A model generated the notes under the pieces. The model saw only the letters and a list, made by a program, of their open reading frames with translations, was not told where the DNA came from and ran no database searches. From contig JAHRHZ010000067.1 of assembly GCA_024137785.1 (NCBI GenBank), positions 5,729,016 to 5,793,015 of the forward strand: a stretch of 64,000 nt of DNA. Direction: 5' to 3'. Shown in pieces: positions 1-11,000 of this stretch. Numbering within the stretch: the stretch's first letter is position 1; every line of letters starts with the position of its first letter. The DNA comes from Ginglymostoma cirratum (lineage: Eukaryota). Both the position numbers and the translations under genes were made by a program.

Positions 1-179
1 GTTTTTTTTTGTTATGTTTCAGACAGTTTTTTGGAAGTATATTGCAGCAACTCAGACTGTTGTGACACGGAACTACTGATGGTTGTTCGGGGTTGAAGAT
101 TCATTATCATTGAAAGAACTATAATTTTTTTGCAATATCATTATCCCTTTACTTAACTGTCTCAGGCAGTGAGAGACAC

Positions 180-748
180 TGTCTAGTCTTGTCGCAGCTG
201 TACAGGCCTTTGGTTCAGTCACTTTTGAAATACTGTGTACAATTCTGGTCTCCCTACTATAGGAAGGATGTTGTGAAACTAGAAAGGATTCAAAAAAGAT
301 TTACGAAGATGTTGCCAGGGTTGGAGGGTTTAAGCTACAGGGATAGGTTGAATAGGCTGGGGTATTTTCCCTGGAGTATCTGGGGCTGAGAGGTGATGTT
401 ATAGAGGTTTATAAAGTCATGAAGGGCATGGATAAGGTAAATAGGCAAGGTCTTTTCCCCAGAGTGGGGGAGTCCAAAATTAGACGGCATAGGTTTAAGC
501 TGAGGGGGAAAGATATAAAATGGACCAAAGGAGCAACTTTTTCATGCAGAGGATGGTCCATGTATGAAATGAGCTGCCAGGGGAAGTGGTGGAGGCTGGT
601 ATGATTACAACATTTAAAAGGCATCTGGATGGGTATACGAAATATTTAGAGGGATGCGGGCCTAGATTTATGCAGAATATCTGGTTGTCATGGACAAGTT
701 GGACCGAAGGGTCTGTTTCTGTGCTGTATACCTCTTATAACTCTATGA
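180..748 (+). mobile_element. CR1 LINE 3' fragment
   Basis: YCVQFWSPYYRKD..LERIQKRFT. Confidence 0.9.
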
Positions 749-3687
749 TGGTGATATGGAGTACGATGTCTGCTGGATATTTTGTATTTGCTTAGCATTT
801 AGCTTTTGCTCAGCAAACCACTGCAACACTCCCATCACACTGAGATCAGAAAAATGTGCAGAATCATTAGATGAGCCTGCAACTTACTGTCATTTATCTC
901 TTTAGCCACAATCGCCTCCTTGATTTCTCTTCAGATTATAAAATATCTTTTTTGTATCCTGATAGGAATGTAAATAAGAAATCTGCTTAGGGTGCCTGCT
1001 AATGCTACTCTGAATTATTTAAAAGAAAGTAGTGAAGAATGGTGATTTGAACTCCCTTTTGAAAAAAATGATAAGGCCACCAGATTTCTCTAGTTATATC
1101 GTGCATATACTGACATGAAAAATTGCAGGTGTGACTACTATAAAGTTTTATTCTGCACTCATAATATAATAAAACATAACTCTACTTGGAGAAAGTTAGC
1201 AGTTGAAATTCAGTCTGGTGATTCAGCTACCATTTACAAAACATTTTAGCATGCAGTGCCACATGAACCCTGTGATTCTGTAAATATTCTACATCATTCC
1301 CAGGTACCTATTTATTCTGTAACTTAGTAAGGGGCGCATTCACATCAGCATTAAGCAATACTATTCCAGGCGTGCAAACTCATGCTTGTTCTGTTACAAC
1401 TTGTAATCACAGGATGCCATCTACTGGAATCCATACAATTTGCAATAAAATAATCCTACCGTAAGAATTTGGCAGTATTCCTATTATAGTAATGTTTTGC
1501 CATGTGGGTGATGCTGTTTTAATTATACAGTAATGAGAAGCAATTAAGACTTGATTATACAGATTGCACGGATTCAGAATAAATCTGAGCTCTGCTGAGC
1601 TTCAGGCAGCTTTCTATAGCAAACTTCCACCTCTGGTACAAGATGGTAACTGGGAAACAGTCCAAATACATTTGTATATATTCACTGCCATTTGCTTCAT
1701 TTCTCCATGGAAAATTATATGATATTAAGGGGAAGGTAAATTATCTTTAAATTAACAAACTTGGGACTTTTAAAATGATTCTTTTGTCCAGCATCTTGAG
1801 GAAGTATGCTTGGAAGTAAACTGGGTTTACAGTTAACAATTTGTTTGTAAGATGAAAAACAACTCAAATGGGGAGTCCAAAATTAGATGGCATAGGTTTA
1901 AGGTGCAGGGGAAAGATTTATTGTTATAATGCCAGAAAAAAGTGACTTAAACTTTACTATGAAGTTGACTTCAGTCAGAAAAATCATATCTCGCAATTGT
2001 TAAATATCACACTTCTGTGGTTGCAAAAGATGTGAATACTTTTGAGCAAGTACAGAAGAAATTTACCAGATTGCTTCCAGGGATGAGGAATTACAATTAT
2101 GTGGACAGACTGGAGAAACTGAGGTTCTTCTATTTAAAGCAGAGAAAGCAAAGTTTAAAGTAACGAAGGCTTTAGATAAATGAAAAAAAAATGCTTGTGA
2201 TGGTTGAAAGGATGACACAACTGAGCATAAATTTAAGGCGATTGGTAAAAGAAGTGGCAAAAGGGATATGCTTTTATATGTAACAAGTGGTTAGGATTTG
2301 GAATGTTTTGCCTGATCAGGTGATGGGAACAGATTCAATATCCTAGAAAAGGGAATTGGATAAATTTTTGGTGGAGAAAAAGATTCAGGGAAATAGAGAA
2401 AAAGCAGGTGAGTTCTTTAAAAGAGGTGGTGGAGACTTCCTTTAAGGGACAAGCACATCATTGACAAGACCAGCATTTGTTGCCCATCCCTAATTCACTT
2501 GAACAGAGTTGCTTGCTAATGCCACTTTAGACAGTAGTTTAGAATCAACCACAATGCTCCGTGTCAGGAGCCAAACTTGGCCACACTAGGCAAGGAAGGC
2601 AGACTTCCCTCCCTTTCAGGACATCAGTGAACCAGATGGATTTTTGTGACAGTCAATGATAATTTTCAGGGTCACCATCAATGAGACTAGCTTTGAATTC
2701 CAGATTTATTGGTTGAATTTAAATTCCATCAGCTGCCATTGCTGGGATTTGAACGTGTATCACCATTAGCCTGGGCTGTTGCATTACTAGACCAGTGACA
2801 TGAAAACTATGTCATGGTGTCCTTCTTAAATGAGCAGGCTATACTATGCCATCATTCTGTGATACAGAGGAGTAAAGCATGTCTTCTTATTTTCTTAGAA
2901 AAGTAAAGTATTACACATGCTGCAGATTTGAAACAAAAACAGAAGGTGCAGGGGAAACTCAGCAGGTCTGGCAACATCTGTGGAGACAGCAGCAAAGTTA
3001 ACATTTCAAGTCTAATATGACTCTCCTTTGGACTCTTCTGCTTCCAGCGCTTATTATTTTTATTCCTCTTTGTTTCTGTTTAGGTCATTAAAAACATTGC
3101 TACGGTAAAAGAAAATGGAGGAAAAATCCATATTAGCAAGATATTAAAGCACAACTGGAAACAAAAGCAGACTGGATGAGAGATGAGTTGGTGCTGAGTT
3201 CAGGCTCTTCACTACAAAAGAAGTTTGATGTGTAGGAAGGCTGTACCTAACCCTGATGACCAGCTTTGTATCATTTTAAGGCTTGGTGGCCCACTGTTTA
3301 CTTCCCATTTCAAACGTTTACCAAGTTTTTCGACTTTCCAATTTTTTCCCCTTTGCTTTAGTCTTCCTACTGAGCTATTCACTTTTTAAAAATATATTTA
3401 ATTTGGTTGAACACCAACAGATAATTCCCTTGCCATTTTCTCTGTGTTGTCTTTTTATATCTATAGTTTTTCTCCCTCCAATTCACTTTCTGATGCCAGT
3501 ATACTTCTACATTCCTGAGTAAGTGCACAAGTCCAAAATGTTATCTCCTGTCATCAAAGGTGCTGACAGACCAGTCACTTTTCTTGCAGCTTTCTATGGT
3601 TACTTTTACTAAAGGCAGTGTATTTCTTGTCTTCCATGTATTTCACAATCTTAGATTTTAATAATCCAAATTTGAAATGTGCCCTAC

Positions 3688-3887
3688 CCAGAACTGTCTC
3701 ATCTGAAGTCGATGGAGTACTTGAAGAATTTCTTCTTGTCTTAGAGGATTTCTTCTTTGCCTTATCTCTCTTCTTAATTTTCTTCTTTTCTGCTGATTCG
3801 ACACTCACATTTGTGGTTGACTTCATCTTACATTTGCTGGTGGGTGTTTTATCCTCCATTCCTTGATAACTATTGATCTTGCTCAAC
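3688..3887 (-). CDS. Possible exon of an unidentified divergent gene (Lys/Ser-rich, MEDKTPTSK...)
   Basis: Open frame 3575-3901; ATG at 3859 in good context; donor G|GTAGGG at 3687; weak acceptor; no recognisable homology. Confidence 0.3.
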
Positions 3888-4428
3888 CTGCAATTTTGCA
3901 TCCAATTTCATAAATTTCCCCTTTTCCTTTTTTTCATGTCAAAGAATCTTTTGTTTCATTTTATTAATATTACTGACCTGTTTTACAGGGCAGGGATTTT
4001 CAAAAGAATATTTTTGGATGCACTAATCCCTAGGTCTCAAAAGCACATTCGCAACAGAATTTAAGTAGAAACTATTTTCAACGCTTTCCTTCTCCTCCAA
4101 ACTGTCCCGGATTATAATTTGTAGTCATTTCCTCCAGTTCTTTATCGTTAAAAGTTTTTTTTAAAAATTACATTATTATATCATTTGATCTTTTGCTGTG
4201 AAGCAACTGCTCTCACCTAGAGCGAACAGGCCAGCCTGTACCTCATGCTTACTCAGACAGCTTCCGGTTTAATCTATCACTTTTTCTTTTTATTGTTCTT
4301 CGCATTCTTTCCCCAGTCAAAGTTTGTTGATTTATCTCCCCCTCTCTCTCACTGTTTTAAGCTAGAAATCCTACTTATCCAGCCTGCACACTGTTGTGTC
4401 TTAGTCACTCTCAGGATCCAAACGACTT

Positions 4429-4442
4429 GTCACCATGGAAAC
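4429..4442. promoter_or_regulatory. RFX X-box-like motif GTCACCATGGAAAC
   Basis: Close match to the RFX consensus GTNNCC-AT-GGNAAC, next to the CpG island. Confidence 0.45.
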
Positions 4443-4569
4443 GCCTCTTCACTTTCCCTTGATACATCCGCCTAAGAACATAGTTCCCATAAAAATATCC
4501 ACAGTACCAATTAAAACAAAAACAAACTGAAATCGTCAAGGACCCTCCAGGAATTTTCAGCTAACAACA

Positions 4570-5035
4570 TCTTATGGTCGTGACTCTGTTTCGCTTCGCG
4601 GTTCCCTAATCATTTTTGATTTATGTATCATTCCGCGGCCGTACCACTTTGCGCCTGGTTTGAGCTTCGTCCGGCTGCGGCTACAAAATGCCGGGCGGCT
4701 TTCTGGGTTTCCGTTCCCAGTTTTAGAGCCGTGATGTTATCAGCCGTGCTCGGGGGCGGCGGAAGCAATGAAGGATGATCGGTTTTGGAATCTAAGAATA
4801 GTCTCAGTGCGGCTGAAGTATGAACCCTGAGGCGGAACCGACCTTCGACGTGAGCTTCGAAGGCCCTGGAGGGGCGGCTGATGGGGACGGACAATCACAG
4901 GCCGGGCGGTGCTGGAGGGATGGTTGATGCGGACGGACAAACTTGCCGGAAGTCAACTGGAACGATGCAGCCGGAGCTTAGTGATGCGGAGCTCCTCGCA
5001 TTGGAATTGGATTTGTTCTGCGCCGAATGTGGTAC
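4570..5035. promoter_or_regulatory. CpG island / EXO5 promoter, possibly bidirectional
   Basis: Locally GC- and CpG-rich in a CpG-poor window; GC boxes (GGGGCGG) and ETS-like CGGAAG motifs; overlaps EXO5 exon 1. Confidence 0.75.
4881..5031 (+). CDS. EXO5: EXO5 coding exon 1 ([10 protein letters not shown]...[19 protein letters not shown])
   Basis: ATG in CpG island with an in-frame stop upstream at 4851; alternative in-frame ATGs at 4920 and 4965. [13 protein letters not shown] resembles the acidic N-terminal DLSDSEFL motif of EXO5. Weak donor G|GTACCT. Confidence 0.7.
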
Positions 5036-8000
5036 CTGGTTCATTGATACTTGTAGATGAAGCATTACAGTGAAGCTGATCCTGTCTGTTACAGAGCATA
5101 CAGCACGGAAACAGACTCTTCGGTCCAACTCGACCGTGCCGAACAAATTTCCCAAACTACGTCCTATTTGCCTGCATTTGGACCATATCCCTCTAAACCC
5201 TTCCGTTTCAGATACCTATTCAAGTGTTTTTTAAACGTTGTACTGTACCTGCATCTGCCACTTCCTCTGGCAGATCATTCCACATACGAACAACTCTGCG
5301 TGTGAAAGAAAACATAACGTGTGCATAGATCCCTGAAAGTTGCCACCCAGGTTGATAGGGTTGTTAAGAAGGCGTACGGTGTGTTAGGTTTTATTGATAG
5401 AGGGATTGAGTTTTGGAGCCATGAAGTCATGTTGCAGCTGTACAAAACTCTGGTGCGGCCGCACTTGGAGTATTGCGTACGGTTCTGGTCACCGCATTAT
5501 AGGAAGGATGTGGAAGCATTGGAAAGGGTGCAGAGGAGATTTACCAGGATGTTGCCTGGTATGGAGGGAAGGTCTTATGAGGAAAGGCTGAGGGACTTGA
5601 GGCTGTTTTCATTAGACAGAAGAAGGTTAACAGGTGACTTAATAGAGACATACAAGATGATCAGAAGATTGGATAGGGTGGACTGTGAGAGCCTTTTTCC
5701 TCAGATGGTGATGGCTAGCAAGAGGGGACATAGTTTTAAATTGAGGGGTGATAGATATAGGACAGATGTCAGAGGTAGATTCTTTACTCAGAGAGTAGTC
5801 AGGGCATGGAACGCCTTGCCTGCAGCAGTTGTAGTCTTGCCAACTTTAAGGGCATTTAAATGGTCGTTGGATAAACATATGGATAATAATGGAATAGTGT
5901 AGATTAGATGGGCTTCAGATTGGTTTCACAGGTCAGCGCAACATCAAGGGCCGAAGGACTGCGCTGTAATGTTCTACGTTCTATAAGTTGCTGGAAAAGT
6001 TCAGCAGTTCTGGCAGCATCTGTGAAGGAAAAAATTCAGAGTGAATGTTTCAGGTCCTCTTCCTCAGAACTGCATGTGGAAAAGGCTGTCCCTCAAGGTC
6101 CCTTTTAAATCTTTCTTCTCTCACCTTAAAGATATGCCACCCTCGGGAAAAGACTCTTGTTATTCACCTTATCTATGCCCCTCATGATTTTATAGACCTC
6201 TTATAAGGTCACCTCTCAACTTCCTACACTCCAGTGAAAAAGTCCCAGCCTATCCCTATAACACGAATCCTTCCTTCCTGGTAAGTCTTTTCTTAACCTC
6301 TCCAACTTAATAATATCCCATCCTGTAGGGTGACCAGAACTGAAGACTACTCCAAAAGTGATTTCACCAGTGTCTTGTACAGTCTCAACATGATGTCCCA
6401 ACTCCTATACTCAGTGGTCTGACCAATGAAAGCAAGTGTGCTAAATGCCTTTTTAACCACTCTGTCTACCTCTGATACAATTTTCAAAGAACTAGGTACC
6501 TGAACCCCCTAGGTCTGCCTGTTCAACAACACTACCCAGGGCCCTACCGTTAACTCTTTGTTTTCCTTTTCAGGTGGCTGTTTAAAGATTCGTTAGCAGC
6601 AGAATCAATAGCCTAATGTTATTACTGCTAGACTATTAATTCAGAAACCCAATTTCCAATCTGCAATTAAAGGTCTAACAGTGACTGTCAATTGTTGGGA
6701 AAAAATACATGTGGCTAAATAATGTCTTATGGGAAGGAAACTGCTGCCTCAGTGTGACTTCAGATCCACAGAAATGACAATAGATGCTTGTCAAAATAGT
6801 GGTGTCCACATTCCACCAGCAACTAAAAACAACTCCTGTGACTCAGAAGGGTCTGCGTTCAATTAGCATCCAGAATTGGAGTTCAGGCTGACCTTCCCTT
6901 CTGGTGCAGTACCGAGAGCATAGCACACTTATTGGAAGAGCAGGGAAATTACTCTCAATACACTCATCTGTTCAGTAATTATCCCTCAATTAGCAGTTCG
7001 GGCGGCTGTGATTTGGTGGTAATATCACTGAATTAGTAATCTAGAGACTAACCCTTGGGTTTTAATTCAACCTTGCTAAAAATCAGGAGTTGAAAACTGG
7101 TATAACAAGGTGTAGAGCTGGATGAACACAGCAGGCCAAGCAGCATCAGAGGAGCAGGACAGCTGACGTTTTGGGTCTGGACCCTTCTTCAGANNNNNNN
7201 NNNNNNNNNNNNNNNNNNNNNNNNNNNNNNNNNNNNNNNNNNNNNNNNNNNNNNNNNNNNNNNNNNNNNNNNNNNNNNNNNNNNNNNNNNNNNNNNNNNN
7301 NNNNNNNNNNNNNNNNNNNNNNNNNNNNNNNNNNNNNNNNNNNNNNNNNNNNNNNNNNNNNNNNNNNNNNNNNNNNNNNNNNNNNNNNNNNNNNNNNNNN
7401 NNNNNNNNNNNNNNNNNNNNNNNNNNNNNNNNNNNNNNNNNNNNNNNNNNNNNNNNNNNNNNNNNNNNNNNNNNNNNNNNNNNNNNNNNNNNNNNNNNNN
7501 NNNNNNNNNNNNNNNNNNNNNNNNNNNNNNNNNNNNNNNNNNNNNNNNNNNNNNNNNNNNNNNNNNNNNNNNNNNNNNNNNNNNNNNNNNNNNCTGGACC
7601 CTTCTTCTGAAGAAGGGTCCAGACCCAAAACGTCAGCTTTCCTGCTCCTCTGATGCTGCTTGGCCTGCTGTGTTCATCCAGCTCTACACCTTGTTATCTC
7701 AGATTCTCCAGCATTGGCAGTTCCTACTATCTCTGTTGAAAACTAGTGTTGTGAAACTATTGTCAGTTGCTGTAAAAATCTCATCTACTTCACTGTCATT
7801 CTTACCAACTCTAGCCTATATGTGACTCCAGACCTACAGCTGTGTGGTTGACTCCATGTGGCCTGCTAGCCACAATTCAAGGGCAGGCAGGGATGAACAA
7901 CAATAGGGAAGTCACAGCTCACAACAGAAAATCAAATCATTCTCACGTTATTGCTTGTGAGAGCTCGCGTGCGTATTGACCAATATTACTTTAGAGACTA

Positions 8001-11000
8001 CACTTTTTAGATGGCTTGATTTGTTGTGAAGTGCTCTGGGATGTCCTGTGGCTGTGGAATGTGTTGTGTAGATGCCAGTCTTTCTTTTAGGAGCAGGCAA
8101 CTTCTTAGTAACCTGACCAACATTCTTCTCAATTAACAAAAAACACAAATTGGCCTAAAATAAAAATATAAAATGCTGGAGCAAATCAGCAGGTCTGGCA
8201 GTTCTGTGGAGAGAGAAACCATGAACATTTCAAGTCCAGTTCAGCTTTGCTGAATATTAGCTCAAATATTAGCTGTATTGCTCCATTGATGTCTTTCTTC
8301 CCACATTTTCTCTTTTTATTTCAGATTTACACCATAGGTGGAATTTGACTTGTGTTTTTCCAGCATTTTCTATTATTTCAACTGGTCATTTCTCTGATTT
8401 TTCTGTTTGTGGGATTTTGTTGTGTTCGAATTGGTTATCAGATTTATGAGTAAACAACAGTAATTACAATTTAAAAAGTAATGCAGAATCTGTTTTGAGG
8501 TCCTGAGGATAGGCTATAAATACTGTATATTTTTTCTGTAATTTTGTTTGTGGACTGAAAACGGAACAGACGGTTTGTTTTAAAAGCCAACGATATTGGA
8601 AAGGAATACTACACTTTTTGTTTTTTAAAAGCAAGTTACTTGACCTTCATTGTAAATGCTATTTTAAACTGCTGTTTGCTCAAACAGAGTGGAAGTCTAG
8701 TTGCAGGCAAACCTGAGCCAAGGGGTGTGTATGAATGGAGCTTTTGTCAGGCAACAGATAGCTGATGGACAACTGGTCACTACCCACCAGACCAATAACA
8801 AACACCTGTCAACAACTGTGTAATTGGCTCCCAGGTAACTGACCATCTTGTGGGTGTGAATGTTTCAGTAGGAGTCATTGGACCTCCAGGAAAGAAGGAG
8901 CTATCCTCTCTGCAGTAAAAACGTTTTACACCTGAAGAAAGTCTATTTCCCTTCAATTGCTGTAAGCTGTGGTGGTTAACCAATAAGTGAGATACTTTAT
9001 TAGCGTGAACCAGTCACCCTGTATCTCCTGCAAGCAAATGAAAGTACTTGGAATGTTGAGGAGCAGCAAGCCAGGGCAAGCTGAGCAGGGACCATTTCGA
9101 CTGCCTTCCTCCGCCTATGAGTCCTGTATTTTATATTCTCTCTGTAGGTGTGTGTATAGGGGAATTTTATAAGGTGCTTGGAGTTTCAACTAGTAGAGTT
9201 ATACATTGATGGTTCACTGTTATTTACCTGTAGCTAAATCTATTTATTTGTAATAAATATTAATTTTTAAGTACAGAAACCTGGTCTGTGATTTCTGTCA
9301 ACCTCGGTCTGAAAGACAGATAAATTGGGGAATTTTGTGAGCTGTTATGTTAAATTTTGTGATGACTGTAGGAATAGCCAACTTGATTGCTCACATGCTA
9401 CCCCAGTGAGATGTAACAATGCCAATCTTGTGCCTTTTTTGTAAAACTACCCATCTTTTGATTAATCCTTTGTCACTTGTGTTTTTCCTAAGCTGTCTTT
9501 ATAGTTCATCACCTGTCTCGCTCATTGAAATAGCTTGAGATTTTTTCTATCAACAAATCATAGTTTTTTTTTTAAGAAAGGCGTGTTGTCATCTTCCTGA
9601 ATTCTGTTGCCCTATGTATGATGGCGAAGTATATTTTCAGTATGATTAATATAGTGTGTCAGCATCAAGGTATGGGCTTAAGTGGCTCAATGGGTAATCT
9701 TCCTACCTCTGAGCCAGAAAAGCTTGAGTTCAAGTTCCAGTCCTGGACTTGTTCACTATGAAAGAACCTACCCATTGATGCAAGCATGGCAATCTGTCAT
9801 TGCTGCTGAAACACTCATTCATGATTTTATTACCACTTGACTATTCTGTCACACTCCTGGCTGGTCTCTTATATTCCAACCTCTATTTGCTCAAAGTCTT
9901 CCAAAACTTTGCTAACCTCTTCTCAGGTTTTGTTCCCCTATCACTCCTATGTTTGCTGACCCACAATCACTTGGAAAAATTCTCAGCCTTTATTCTCAAA
10001 TCCCTCCAGAACCCATTCAGTCCCACGATTCCCTAAGATGTGTGTCCCTCTAATTCTCGCCTCCTGGGCATTCCCATTTTTAACTGTTCCATCATTGATA
10101 AACATCCCCTCTGTTGCCTAGGCCCCAAGGTCTCCACTTCTCCCCATCTGTGTCTTCCTTTAAGCCATTTTTAAAACCTGCTTCTTTGACCAATCATTCA
10201 GTCATCTGACTAATGTCACCTTTGTGACTGAATGTCTCTGTTTTTATAACACTCCTGTGGAGTAACTTAGGACACTCATGAGATAGAAGACTTAAGTTCA
10301 TATAAGCTAATGGTGTCCCCTATTTATCTGTATACTTATAAATTTTCTTTGTCCAAAATGAAGACTCTGATTTTATTTCCAGTTATGACTGAATAGACTT
10401 GATAAATATTCATTTATCATTTGGTAGAATTTGGATTTTATATGTGTGCCATCAGATATCACTCTGCTTTTATTTTGCCCCCTCTCACCCATGAAAGTAC
10501 CCACATCAAATCTTGTTTAGTCAACCTGACTTTGTATCCTTTTTTTAATCTTGCTGATATTCTTCCCACCAGCTTCCTATCACAATGCTGCACACTGGCC
10601 TATGTGTGGTCAGCCATCTGATGTAAGCTCGCACGACGGAAGAGTACTCGTGGTAATTGCTGTCCCATGATGTAGTAAGATGCCTAGAATTGGAAATAAG
10701 TACAGGTTGCGTGGAAGCACAAAGACTTGAATTTATGTAGCACCTCAGGAGGCCTCCAAGCACTTCACAGCCAATTAAATATTTGTGAAATGTTACTGTA
10801 ATGTAGGAAAGAATGGCAGCCAATCTACACACACCAAATCCAGCAATGAGACAATGACCAACTGTCTATTTCAGTGGTGTGAGTTGAGGGTTAAATGTTG
10901 AGCAAGTAGGCAGATATTGATGCTGGAACTTTTGTTTTTGTGAATAATATTGACAGCACAAGCATGCACGTAAAGTTGTGAAATTATTGATAAATTGCAT

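Noticed and set aside
888-958. Minus-strand exon candidate with good splice sites
   Set aside because: Stops in all three frames; cannot be joined as an internal coding exon.
7146-7653. 160-aa ORFs on both strands
   Set aside because: Artefacts of translating through the N gap inside a palindrome.
8540-9420. Solo LTR
   Set aside because: LTR-like composition and a TGTAACA end, but no TSD or partner LTR could be confirmed.
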